Source of the DNA: Candidatus Aenigmatarchaeota archaeon
Lineage (GTDB): Archaea; Aenigmatarchaeota; Aenigmatarchaeia; QMZP01
Reading direction: 5' to 3'
DNA length: 64,000 nt
NCBI GenBank assembly: GCA_016198585.1
Contig: JACQII010000016.1
Span: 88,932 to 152,931, forward strand
Shown in pieces: positions 37,065-46,201 of this stretch (position 1 is the stretch's first letter; every line of letters begins with the position of its first letter). Below the pieces are notes generated by a model that saw only the letters and a program-made list of their open reading frames with translations, had not been told where the DNA came from and did not search any database. The translations under genes were made by a program, and so were the position numbers.

Positions 37065-38773
37065 TGGCCTGCGACGTGCTGGTCATCGGGTCGGGAGGAG
37101 CTGGCCTGCGCGCGGCGATCGAGCTCGCTGATCGCGGCGTCGACGTCCTGGTGGTCGGGAAGTCCAAGAAGCGCGACGCGCACACCATCCTCGCCACCGG
37201 CGGGATCAATGCCGCCCTCGGGAACATGGACCCGCAGGATTCCTGGCCGCTCCATGCCGCCGACACGATCCGCGACGGCGGGTGGATCAACGACCCTCGC
37301 GGCGTGGAGCTGCTGTGCAAACACGCGCCCCGGGCCGTTCAGGAGCTTGCGGAGTGGGGCGCGCGGTTCCACCGCGAACCGGGGGGGAAGATCACCCAGC
37401 GGTTCTTCGGCGCGGCAACCTACCGCCGCGCCTGCTTCAGCGGCGACCACACCGGCCAGGAGATCCTGAACGTCCTCGTGGACCAGGCGGAAGCCCGCAA
37501 GATTCCCTTCCGGAGCGAAGTCTACATCTTCTCCCTGCTCCAGTCCAGGGGCCGGGCGAACGGCGCGGTCGGCCTGGACCTCCGGACCGGGAAGATCCTG
37601 ATCTTCCAGGCAAAGGCCGTGATCCTGGCGACGGGCGGTCACTCCCGGATGTTTGAGCGTAGCAGCTCGCGGTTCTGGGAGAACAACGGCGACGGCATCG
37701 CGCTCGCCCTGCAGGTCGGCGCGCGCTTCCAGGACATGGAAATGTTCCAGTTCCACCCGACGGGCATGGTCCACCCTCCCAGGGCGGCAGGCGTCCTGGT
37801 GACGGAGGCGGTCCGCGGCGAAGGGGGCATCCTCACGAACGCCCGCGGCGAGCGTTTCATGAAACGGTATGATCCGGCCCGGATGGAACTCTCCGCGCGC
37901 GACCTGGTTGCCCGGGCCATCTACACGGAAATCGAACACGGCCACGGCACCCGCCACGGAGGCGTCTGGCTGGACATCAGCCACCGCCCGCTCCCGTACA
38001 TCAAGAAGCGCCTGCCCACGATGTACCGGCAATTCCTCGCGCACGCAGGCGTTGATATCTCCCGGCAGAAGATGGAAGTCGCCCCCACGGCGCATTATTC
38101 CATGGGTGGTGTTCTGATCGACCACACGACCGGCGAAACCGGGATTCGTGGCCTCTACGCGATCGGGGAGGTGACCGCGGGCATGCACGGCGCCAACCGC
38201 CTCGGCGGCAACAGCTTGGCAGAGATCATGGTGTTCGGCCGCCTGACCGGCGCACACGTCGCCCGTCGCATCAAGAAACAGAAGCTCCACCCGCTTGACC
38301 AGCGCCAGGTGGCAGGCGCCATCGGCAGCCTTCTGGACCGTCTGGCTCCGGCAGGGAAAGACCCGCTCGCGGTGAAGCGGCAGATCCAGGAGCTGATGTG
38401 GACCCATGTCGGCGTCGCGCGCCGGGAGAAGGAGATGCAGCACGCTCTTCGCGCCCTCGGCCGTTTCCGGGCGCTGCGGTTGCAGACCGGGACCTCCCTG
38501 GCGCGGAATCAACGGCTGGTCGCTGCCCTCGACGTCTTGAACATGTTGCCGACCTGCGAGATGATCGTCCGGTCTGCCCTCCTGCGCCGTGAGTCGCGGG
38601 GAGCGCACTACCGGACTGACTTCCCCACGACCCAGAAGCAATGGAAGAAGAACATCATCTGCACGCCCACCAAGGCCGGGGTCCGCCTCTCGACCCGGCC
38701 GATCCCCCCGATCCCGAAGCGGATCCGCCTGCTGGCCGAGCGGCCCAAACCCTCTGCCCATCTGCTCGAGTAG
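37064..38773 (+). CDS. sdhA: Succinate dehydrogenase/fumarate reductase flavoprotein subunit
   Basis: GSGGAG, AHTILATGG (His for covalent FAD), QFHPTG, TEAVRGEGG, HYSMGG, HGANRLGGNSL, ESRGAH. Confidence 0.88.
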   Translation: MACDVLVIGSGGAGLRAAIELADRGVDVLVVGKSKKRDAHTILATGGINAALGNMDPQDSWPLHAADTIRDGGWINDPRGVELLCKHAPRAVQELAEWGARFHREPGGKITQRFFGAATYRRACFSGDHTGQEILNVLVDQAEARKIPFRSEVYIFSLLQSRGRANGAVGLDLRTGKILIFQAKAVILATGGHSRMFERSSSRFWENNGDGIALALQVGARFQDMEMFQFHPTGMVHPPRAAGVLVTEAVRGEGGILTNARGERFMKRYDPARMELSARDLVARAIYTEIEHGHGTRHGGVWLDISHRPLPYIKKRLPTMYRQFLAHAGVDISRQKMEVAPTAHYSMGGVLIDHTTGETGIRGLYAIGEVTAGMHGANRLGGNSLAEIMVFGRLTGAHVARRIKKQKLHPLDQRQVAGAIGSLLDRLAPAGKDPLAVKRQIQELMWTHVGVARREKEMQHALRALGRFRALRLQTGTSLARNQRLVAALDVLNMLPTCEMIVRSALLRRESRGAHYRTDFPTTQKQWKKNIICTPTKAGVRLSTRPIPPIPKRIRLLAERPKPSAHLLE

Positions 38774-38774
38774 T

Positions 38775-39023
38775 TCAGGATCCCCAGCGCCATCGCGGAC
38801 GCTCGCCGGTCTTCCAGCAGATGACGAGGAGAAAACCAGTAAGAACGGCCACGACAATGAAGTACCCCACGACCGCCTCCCATGACGGTTCCTGATCGGA
38901 GAGGAGGCTCAGTGATGCGGCAACCAAGCTAGCGACGTACGCGAGCGTCACCGCTGCTCCCTGCCAGGTCACCGGATACCATCCCCAGCCATAGCGCTTG
39001 GCCTTGAACCAGAGACGCTGCAT
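38775..39023 (-). CDS. Small 2-TM membrane protein
   Basis: WFKAKRYGWGWYPVTWQG...GERPRWRWG. Confidence 0.75.
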   Translation of the reverse strand: MQRLWFKAKRYGWGWYPVTWQGAAVTLAYVASLVAASLSLLSDQEPSWEAVVGYFIVVAVLTGFLLVICWKTGERPRWRWGS

Positions 39024-39045
39024 AGGTTTTTCTTGGGAGGGCCGC

Positions 39046-39567
39046 TTAAGTAGTCTTTCGCTTTCCAGGCTCCCACGGGAACTTCCCGTGCCTCTTGTGG
39101 TAGGCGGCGAGGCCGCCCGCGGCTTCGAGGTCGCGCAGGAAACCGGTCAGCGGCGCAGCCTGGAAAGTCTTCTTGGTGCGCAGGTTGGTCAGCGTACGCT
39201 TCCGGAGATCAACCGCGACAGCATCTCCTGCTTTCACCTGCTTCTGGATGCCGGGAATCTCGAGGGCTGGCAGCCCGATGACGAGGGCGTTGCGGAAGAA
39301 GATGCGCGCGAAGCTGTCCGCCACCACAGCTCCGATTCCGGCGTACTTGATCGCGACCGGCGCCTGCTCTCGCGAGGAGCCGCCGCCGAAGTTCACGCCC
39401 GCCACGATCACGTCGCCTTTGCTGACCTTCTTGGGAAACTCGCGATCGATCCCGTACATACAGTACTTCGCGAGCTCGACGGGGTCGTTCGTGCGGGCTT
39501 TGAAGCGGAAGGGGATGATCAGATCTGTGTTGACGTAGTCCCCGAAGACATGGGCCTTGCCGTTCAT
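39046..39567 (-). CDS. Aconitase-family hydro-lyase small subunit (LeuD/HacB type)
   Basis: [31 protein letters not shown]. Confidence 0.92.
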   Translation of the reverse strand: MNGKAHVFGDYVNTDLIIPFRFKARTNDPVELAKYCMYGIDREFPKKVSKGDVIVAGVNFGGGSSREQAPVAIKYAGIGAVVADSFARIFFRNALVIGLPALEIPGIQKQVKAGDAVAVDLRKRTLTNLRTKKTFQAAPLTGFLRDLEAAGGLAAYHKRHGKFPWEPGKRKTT

Positions 39568-40823
39568 AGGTACTTCCTCGGGTCCGCAATCCTACCCTCC
39601 ACCGCTGAGGCGGCGACCGTCGCCGGCGAGGCGAGGTAGACCTGGGCGGAGAGCGACCCCATGCGGCCGGTGTAGTTCCGGGGGGAACAGGAGATCGCCA
39701 CTTCGTTCTCGCCCAGGACGCCCATATGCGTCCCCACGCACGCCCCGCACGTGGAGTTCGTGAAGACTGCCCCAGCCTGCATGAAGGTGTCGACCAGTCC
39801 ATCTCGAACGGCCTGCAGGAAGATGCGCTTCGATGCGGGCGTGATCACGAGCCTGGTCCCGGCCTTCACCTTGCGACCCTTGAGGATGTGCGCGGCGACC
39901 TGGAGATCCTCGAGCCGGCAGTTCGTCGACGACCCCAGGAAGCCTTCATGGATCGGGGTTCCTTCTGCCGCGGAGAGCGGCTTGACGCGGTCCACGTGCT
40001 CGGGAAGCGTGACCTGCGGCTCGAGGTCAGCAAGATCGATCGTCTTCTCTTTGATCGTTGCCTGCGCGCCTGACTGGATGTCCAGCATCGGCTTCCGGCC
40101 GCGCGCCCGGAGATACTGGACCGTGAGCTGGTCGGGTGCAAACACGGAGTTCTTGGCTCCGCACTCCACTGAATTGTTGCAGATGCATGCCCGGGAGTCG
40201 ATGCTCAACCTGGTCCCGGTCCACTCCAGGCTGGTGTAGTTGGCACCGTCCTCGCCCAGCTGCCCGATGAGATGCATGATGATGTCCCGGGCGAAGACGC
40301 CTTTGGCCAGCGTGCCCTCAAGCGTGATGCGCAGCGTCTCGGGGACGCGCAGCCAGGTCTTCCCGCTGGCCCAGACCGAGGCAATCTCGGTCGAGCCCAG
40401 ACCAGTCGCGAACGCGCCAAGGGCGCCGGCTTGGTTCGTGTGCGAGTCCGCTCCCACCAGCAGCATACCCGGGACGACCTGCTCCTCGAGCAGGTGCTGG
40501 TGCGAGATCGTGCCCTCCACCACGTTGCAGGCATGACGCGCGCAGAAATCGCGCACCATCGTGTGCAGGGTGGCCACCTTCTCGTCGGCGGCCGGATAGG
40601 TGTGGTCGAGGAAGATAAACACTTTCCGGGGATCGAAGATCTTCTTCAGTCCCATCTCCTGGAACGACCGGATCGCCAGCGGCCCGGTCGAATCCTGGGC
40701 GAGCGTCAAGTCGACGTCCACCACGGCAACGTCGCCCGCCCGGACCTCCCGGCCTGATTTGATGGAGAGGGCTTTCTCCGCGAACGAGAGCGAGGGATCG
40801 GTGAGAATCCTGCGAGCCTCCAT
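39564..40823 (-). CDS. Aconitase-family hydro-lyase large subunit (LeuC/HacA type)
   Basis: LDH, GADSHT, GAFATG, GSSTNC (variant of GSCTN), CGACVG, RNYTGRMG, YLASP. Confidence 0.92.
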   Translation of the reverse strand: MEARRILTDPSLSFAEKALSIKSGREVRAGDVAVVDVDLTLAQDSTGPLAIRSFQEMGLKKIFDPRKVFIFLDHTYPAADEKVATLHTMVRDFCARHACNVVEGTISHQHLLEEQVVPGMLLVGADSHTNQAGALGAFATGLGSTEIASVWASGKTWLRVPETLRITLEGTLAKGVFARDIIMHLIGQLGEDGANYTSLEWTGTRLSIDSRACICNNSVECGAKNSVFAPDQLTVQYLRARGRKPMLDIQSGAQATIKEKTIDLADLEPQVTLPEHVDRVKPLSAAEGTPIHEGFLGSSTNCRLEDLQVAAHILKGRKVKAGTRLVITPASKRIFLQAVRDGLVDTFMQAGAVFTNSTCGACVGTHMGVLGENEVAISCSPRNYTGRMGSLSAQVYLASPATVAASAVEGRIADPRKYL

Positions 40824-40885
40824 GGACTATAGTGGGCAGCACGCTATAAAAAGCACTTATTAGCGGGACCAGCCCAACATAAAGC

Positions 40886-42262
40886 ATGCGGATGAGGATC
40901 GAGCGCGATTCCCTGGGGCCGGTCCGGGTGCCTGACCAGGCCTACTACGGCGCGCAGACGGCCCGGGCGGTCGCAAACTTCCCGATCAGCGGCGTCCGCC
41001 AGCACCTGGAGCTCATCCACGCGTACGCGACCGTGAAAAAGGCAGCTGCGACCGCGAATATGCGCATCCATGCCCTGGACCGGCGGCGCGGCCAGGCCAT
41101 TGTCCGGGCCGCGGACGAGGTCGTCCGAGGACGGCACGACCGGGAGTTCGTGGTCGACGTCTTCCAAGCGGGAGCAGGGACGTCAACGAACATGAACCTC
41201 AACGAGGTGATCGCGAACCGGGCAGAAGAGTTGCTCGGCGGCAAGAAGGGCCGCTACCGGCTCGTGCACCCGAACGACCACGTGAACCGGTCGCAGTCCA
41301 CGAACGACACCTACCATGCTACGGTCCACGTCGCCAGCAGGCTCGAGACTGAGAAGCTCCTGCGGGCCCTGCGACTCCTGCAACGGACACTGGAGGCAAA
41401 GGCGCGCGAGTTCAAAAGTGTAGTGAAGATCGGCCGCACGCACCTGCAAGATGCCCTGCCGATCACCCTTGGCCAGGAGTTCTCAGGCTACGCGGCCGCG
41501 CTGGGGAAGGGGATTCGCGTCGTCGCGCAGATGAACGACCTCCTCCTCGAGCTTCCCCTCGGAGGGACGGCCATCGGGACCGGCGTGAACGCGCCAAAGG
41601 GATATGCGCAGGCCGTGGTCCGCGAGACGTGCAGGCTCACTGGCCAGCGGTTCCGCGTGGCCCGCAACTACTTCAGCTGCCACCAGAGCCCCAACGCCGA
41701 GGCCGAGCTCAGCGGGGCGTTGCGGGCGGTCGCGATTGAACTGGGCAAGATCGTCGATGACCTGATCCTGCTCTCGTCCGGGCCAAACGCCGGTCTGCGC
41801 GAGATCATTCTCCCAGCCGTGCAACCGGGTTCGTCGATCATGCCCGGGAAGGTCAACCCCGGCATCGCGGAGATGGTGAACATGGTCAGCTTCCGCGTCC
41901 TGGGGAACGACCTGGCAGTCTCGCAGGCCGCCGCAGCCGGGCAGCTGGAACTGAACGTCTACACGCCCGTCATCTCCTACAACCTCCTGGAGTCCATCAA
42001 GCTCCTTACCCATGCCAGCCTCGTGTTCGAGGAGAAGTGCCTGCGTGGTGTGCAAGTCAACTACCTGCGCATCCGGTCGTACCTGGAAAGGAACCCCATC
42101 ATCGCCACGGCCCTCACTCCCCGGATCGGCTACGAGCGGGCGGCCCAGGCCGTCCGCATCTCCTATGAGAAAGGCCTCCCGGTCCGCGACGTGGTCGTGC
42201 AGAAAGGCTGGCTCTCGCGGCGGGAGGCCGACCAGCTACTGCGCGATGCAGAGCCCCGCTAG
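40886..42262 (+). CDS. fumC: Class II fumarate hydratase (fumarase/aspartase family)
   Basis: YYGAQT, GAGTSTNMN, HPNDHVNRSQSTND, KIGRTHLQDA, GSSIMPGKVNP; fumarase preferred over aspartase from context. Confidence 0.85.
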   Translation: MRMRIERDSLGPVRVPDQAYYGAQTARAVANFPISGVRQHLELIHAYATVKKAAATANMRIHALDRRRGQAIVRAADEVVRGRHDREFVVDVFQAGAGTSTNMNLNEVIANRAEELLGGKKGRYRLVHPNDHVNRSQSTNDTYHATVHVASRLETEKLLRALRLLQRTLEAKAREFKSVVKIGRTHLQDALPITLGQEFSGYAAALGKGIRVVAQMNDLLLELPLGGTAIGTGVNAPKGYAQAVVRETCRLTGQRFRVARNYFSCHQSPNAEAELSGALRAVAIELGKIVDDLILLSSGPNAGLREIILPAVQPGSSIMPGKVNPGIAEMVNMVSFRVLGNDLAVSQAAAAGQLELNVYTPVISYNLLESIKLLTHASLVFEEKCLRGVQVNYLRIRSYLERNPIIATALTPRIGYERAAQAVRISYEKGLPVRDVVVQKGWLSRREADQLLRDAEPR

Positions 42263-42327
42263 ACGGTGCTTCGGTATTTTCCGAAGAGAAGTGATCGGCC
42301 TTTTAAGTCCTGCCGGGAAGGGAGGTC

Positions 42328-42885
42328 ATGGACGAAACCGTGACCCTGGACCGGCAGACGTTCAAAGTCCTGGCGTCCGAGACGCGGGTGGGGATGCTCA
42401 AGCTGCTCGCCCAGCGACGGATGACGCTGACCGAACTCGCGACCAGGCTCGGTCTGGCCCCGTCGAGCGTCAAGGAGCACCTGGACGCCTTAGTCGCTTC
42501 CGGACTCATCGCCCAGGCCGACGAGGGGCACAAGTGGAAGTACTATGCGCTCACCGAAAAGGGCAAGGACATCCTCCACCCCGCGGAGAAGAGGGTCTTC
42601 ATCCTGCTCGGGCTCGGGCTCGTGATTGGGATCGCCAGCCTGGCCTCGCTCGCCGCGAACCTCCCCGCCAGCGAACGTTTTGCCGCGACCGATCTCGTCG
42701 AGATCCCGCAGGTGGCGGCCCCTGCCACCACTCTGCCGGGTGCACTCCCTGAAGATGCTCCTGATTCTGCGCCCTTCCCCACCACGACACTGAGCATCGC
42801 CCTGGCGGCGCTGATCATAGCCGGAGGATGCGCCGGCTACCTCCTGGGGATACGGCGCGGCGTGCGGTTCGGGATGTCCGCGTAA
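42328..42885 (+). CDS. ArsR-like wHTH regulator with two C-terminal TM segments
   Basis: FKVLASETR..HLDALVASGLI..KWKYYALT, then hydrophobic segments. Confidence 0.85.
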   Translation: MDETVTLDRQTFKVLASETRVGMLKLLAQRRMTLTELATRLGLAPSSVKEHLDALVASGLIAQADEGHKWKYYALTEKGKDILHPAEKRVFILLGLGLVIGIASLASLAANLPASERFAATDLVEIPQVAAPATTLPGALPEDAPDSAPFPTTTLSIALAALIIAGGCAGYLLGIRRGVRFGMSA

Positions 42886-42904
42886 TCTCCCGGACGGGGA
42901 GGCG

Positions 42905-43912
42905 TCACCCGAACGTGAAGCTATAGGCCTGGACACCCGGGGTGAACTGAAGTTCAAGGACGTGAGGGCCAGGTACAGGGGAAGCCACGAGGCGGTAGAG
43001 GCGCTCCCCGCTGACGGCGATGTTGCCATTGATCACGTCTTCGCCGGCAACGTCTGCGTCGACGGGTTGACCATCGAGCAGGACGGCAACCGTTCCTGAC
43101 CCGCCCAGGACCATGTGGACCTTCTGGGCGCTATAGATCAGTTCCACCGCTGCGTCAGCCCCGGCGAGCATGTGGTCCGCCTTGTTCGTCCAGCTGCCCG
43201 CGAGGTAGAGCGTGTTTGGCAGCGTCGCCGGGATCGCGTCATAGGTGACGACAGCCTCGGGCTGGATGCCTTCGGCGTTCCCGAGGGGAGCGCGGATGAA
43301 TGCGTAGCCGAAATACAGCTCAGGGGTCTGGATCGAACCGAAGGTCACGTTCTCGGCCGTGACGGCTGCTCCTGGACCAGGCGCGCCAAGCAGCTGCTGG
43401 ATCACGGCCTCCGTTTCCTGGTACGCACCCTCCCCGATGTGATCGTAGCGGATGTTGCCCTCGCGGTCGATGAGGTATTTCCGAGGCCAGTAGCTGTTCC
43501 GGTAGGCGCGCCAGGTGGCGAAGTCGTTGTCCAGGACGACGGGATAGGTGATGCCGTACTTCTCGACCGCGGCCTGGACGTTTTCGTAGTCGTGCTCGAA
43601 GGCGAACTCCGGAGCATGCACGCCGACGATGACTAGGCCCTGGTCACGGTATGCCGCGTCCCACGCGACGAGGTAAGGGAGTGTCCGAATGCAGTTGATG
43701 CAGGAGTAGGTCCAGAAGTCGATGAGGACGACCTTGCCGCGCAGCTCCTCGAGGGTGAACGGCTCGGCGTTGATCCATCCGGCGATCCCTGCGAGTTCGG
43801 GGGCCGGGCCGTAGCTGGGAAGGTCGCCCGTGGCGACCGGCGGAGGCGACAGCGCGAAGAGGAGCCCGAGGAGCAGGATCGCGGCCACGGCAGCCGGGAT
43901 CACCGGACTCAT
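42905..43912 (-). CDS. DipZ-like thioredoxin (TlpA domain plus C-terminal domain)
   Basis: DFWTYSCINC, GVHAPEF, YWP, GEGAY, TPELY, YSFTFG; start at 43912. Confidence 0.92.
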   Translation of the reverse strand: MSPVIPAAVAAILLLGLLFALSPPPVATGDLPSYGPAPELAGIAGWINAEPFTLEELRGKVVLIDFWTYSCINCIRTLPYLVAWDAAYRDQGLVIVGVHAPEFAFEHDYENVQAAVEKYGITYPVVLDNDFATWRAYRNSYWPRKYLIDREGNIRYDHIGEGAYQETEAVIQQLLGAPGPGAAVTAENVTFGSIQTPELYFGYAFIRAPLGNAEGIQPEAVVTYDAIPATLPNTLYLAGSWTNKADHMLAGADAAVELIYSAQKVHMVLGGSGTVAVLLDGQPVDADVAGEDVINGNIAVSGERLYRLVASPVPGPHVLELQFTPGVQAYSFTFG

Positions 43913-44619
43913 AGCATGAGGTCCACGAAGAAGAAGGTGGACAGGTAGTTGATGTAGCCGGTGAAGACCAGGATGCCGATCGCAATCAGCAGCAGGCCCA
44001 TGATGATGCGGAACGGCCGCATGAAGCGTTCGCTCCGCTTGATGAAGGTCGAGGCCTGCGAGGTGAACAGTCCGACCGCGAGGAACGGCATGCCGAGGCC
44101 GGCGGCATAGGCCAGCAGCAGGTTGAACGCCGCCCCCGGCGTGACGATGGCGAGGGTGAGGATGCTCCCCAGGACCGGGCCGACGCAGGGTGTCCAGCCA
44201 GCGGCGAACGCGACGCCGAAGACGAACGAGGTCAGATACGTCCACCGGAACTTGCGGGGCTTGAGCTTGTGCTCGCGCTCAAGGAAGCCGATCTTGAACA
44301 GCCCAAGCAGGTAGACGCCGAAGAGGACGATCACGATCCCGCCGATCCATCCCAGCCAGAGGCGGAGTCCATAGGCGACGGTCGACAGGACCGTGTTCAG
44401 CAGCACGCCGAGGAGAGCGAAGATGAGGGCGAACCCGACCACGAAGCTGACCGCGTTGAGGAAGATCGTCATCCGTGCGCGTTTCGGGCTCGCGGAGATT
44501 TCGCTCACGCTGATGCCCGAGAGGTAGGAGATGAACGCCGGGACCAGGGGAAGGATGCAGGGCGACAGGAACGAGACAATGCCCGCGATGAAGGCGATCA
44601 GGAGGGTGATGTCGGCCAT
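43909..44619 (-). CDS. ccdA: CcdA/DsbD-type disulfide-reduction membrane protein
   Basis: SFLSPCILP, GWTPCVGPVL. Confidence 0.93.
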   Translation of the reverse strand: MADITLLIAFIAGIVSFLSPCILPLVPAFISYLSGISVSEISASPKRARMTIFLNAVSFVVGFALIFALLGVLLNTVLSTVAYGLRLWLGWIGGIVIVLFGVYLLGLFKIGFLEREHKLKPRKFRWTYLTSFVFGVAFAAGWTPCVGPVLGSILTLAIVTPGAAFNLLLAYAAGLGMPFLAVGLFTSQASTFIKRSERFMRPFRIIMGLLLIAIGILVFTGYINYLSTFFFVDLML

Positions 44620-44622
44620 GGG

Positions 44623-45384
44623 TCACCCACCGGCTGCGATCAACCGGCTCTCGATCTCACCCGCGGGCAGGGCAGACACGGCCTTGCTCGACAGTGTTCC
44701 ATCCGGCCGGATGAAGAGGTGGGTGTGCTGGTAGGCGACACCGTAGGTCTGGGCCAGAGCAGCATCGTCCTGGTTGTTCTGGCCGTCGTTCCAATGGGAC
44801 TCGAAGCCGACAGCGTTGGTGAGCTCCAGACCGTCGAAGGTCGCCAGGATGTTGGGCCGCTCTGCCGCGCAGATGGGACACCAGGTAGCGTACACGTAGA
44901 CATAGACTGCCTTCCCGTCCGCGAGGGCCTGGTCAAAGTCAGCCTTCGTATAGCGGAGGTAGGGGGTGGTTGAACCGGCGATCAGCTCGCCGGTGTAGTC
45001 GGCCGAGGCTGCAGGCGGCGGGGTGACCGTCCCATCGGGCGCGACCATGGTGCCGTCCGGCTTCACCATCGTGCCGTCAGGCTTGACGATGGTGCCGTCC
45101 TCCTGGAGGGTGGTGCCTTCCGGCGCGACCATGGTCCCGTCGGGTAGCACCATGACGCCGTTCGGCTTCACCATCGTGCCGTCAGGCTTGATCATCGTGC
45201 CGTCCGGTTTAATCATCGTCCCGTCGGGCTTCACCATGGTCCCGTCAGGCTTGATCATCGTGCCGTCCGGCTTCAGGATCGTTCCATCGTCCTGCACGAC
45301 ATCTCCCTGGACGCCACCCGGGATGGCGGAGGTGCATCCCGCCACGGCCACGATCGCAAGGAGCGCGAAGGCGAAAAGCTTCAT
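44623..45384 (-). CDS. Lipoprotein thioredoxin with Met-rich heptad repeats
   Basis: VAGC lipobox, ~13x (K)PDGT(M)(I/V), YATWCPIC. Confidence 0.88.
   Translation of the reverse strand: MKLFAFALLAIVAVAGCTSAIPGGVQGDVVQDDGTILKPDGTMIKPDGTMVKPDGTMIKPDGTMIKPDGTMVKPNGVMVLPDGTMVAPEGTTLQEDGTIVKPDGTMVKPDGTMVAPDGTVTPPPAASADYTGELIAGSTTPYLRYTKADFDQALADGKAVYVYVYATWCPICAAERPNILATFDGLELTNAVGFESHWNDGQNNQDDAALAQTYGVAYQHTHLFIRPDGTLSSKAVSALPAGEIESRLIAAGG
45023..45293 (-). repeat. 21-bp tandem coding repeat (KPDGTMx)
   Basis: Repeated catcgtgccgtc[ac]ggctt units in DNA. Confidence 0.85.
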
Positions 45385-45500
45385 ACTACCGGTGGTCCGC
45401 GGCATCTTATAAACCTAATCCAAGATCCTTCCAGAGTGTTAGTCGCCATTTGTCCAACCGAGAGTCCTTTCTTGGTGTCGGAGCGTTAAGGTTGGTACGG

Positions 45501-45534
45501 GGCCGCACACCCCCTCGCGCCTGAAGGGGGTCTG
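45501..45534. repeat. Hairpin repeat copy 1 (ggccgcacaCCCCCT-N9-AGGGGGtctg)
   Basis: Direct imperfect repeat of 46202-46237. Confidence 0.7.
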
Positions 45535-45593
45535 CAAGGGCATATTAGGATTCATAGGCGCAATCCCTCGAAGTACGGCCACGTATTTCATAC

Positions 45594-46172
45594 TTATTTT
45601 CCTTCTTTTACGAAACCGATGCGTTTATTTTGTGCGGTCATTGTAACAAGATTCTTGAGAGCTTTTTGGTAGATCGCTATGCCATGACGTTTTCTGCTTT
45701 CAACATATGCCACCCGAATTCTTTTATACGATTCTGGCATTTTCTGAAAGTTTTTCCAAGCGTCTTTATCAGCCCTTAGTGCTTTCAAGATTCCGGGAGG
45801 AATTATAAATTCTTCTTTCTTGTCGGTCTTTGGATCATACACATGGGCGATAGCGACAAGTCCGGCTTTAGTCATTTTCTTCTGCGCAATAAGCTCGCGG
45901 ACACGCTCCTTGTTCATTTGAGACAAGACACTGTTTGACTTTCTGGGAGAGAACCGTTGGACAAAACTCTCGTTATCAAGTTTTTTGACAATACTGTCTA
46001 TCCAGCCATAACAAAGCGCTTCAAGAACGGCATCGTCGTAACTTATTCTTGGTTTGCCTGAATCCTTTCTGTAAAAAACAAGCCAAATCTCGTCAGCGGT
46101 TTTGTGGTGTGTTGATAACCAGGCGCGCCATGTCTTTCTTTCTGTGACATACAAAGTTTTACCAATATCCAT
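45594..46172 (-). CDS. YdeI/OmpD-associated family protein (AT-rich)
   Basis: WRAWLxxHH, EALCYGWIDS, RFSPRK, S.LNKER-like motif. Confidence 0.88.
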   Translation of the reverse strand: MDIGKTLYVTERKTWRAWLSTHHKTADEIWLVFYRKDSGKPRISYDDAVLEALCYGWIDSIVKKLDNESFVQRFSPRKSNSVLSQMNKERVRELIAQKKMTKAGLVAIAHVYDPKTDKKEEFIIPPGILKALRADKDAWKNFQKMPESYKRIRVAYVESRKRHGIAIYQKALKNLVTMTAQNKRIGFVKEGK

Positions 46173-46201
46173 AGTTAACTTATTACACCTTTTGTATATG
46201 A

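Noticed and set aside
39046-40823. Leucine biosynthesis operon (leuCD plus leuB)
   Set aside because: No leuA or ilv genes nearby, and apart from one small membrane-protein gene the neighbours are TCA enzymes, so leu symbols were withheld.
42905-44245. 446-aa DipZ ORF as a frameshifted CcdA-thioredoxin fusion
   Set aside because: The two genes overlap by ATGA and the second has its own membrane anchor, so this is an ordinary split pair.
45023-45293. Possible CRISPR array
   Set aside because: The 21-bp units are in frame, have no spacers and vary at synonymous positions; no cas genes are present.
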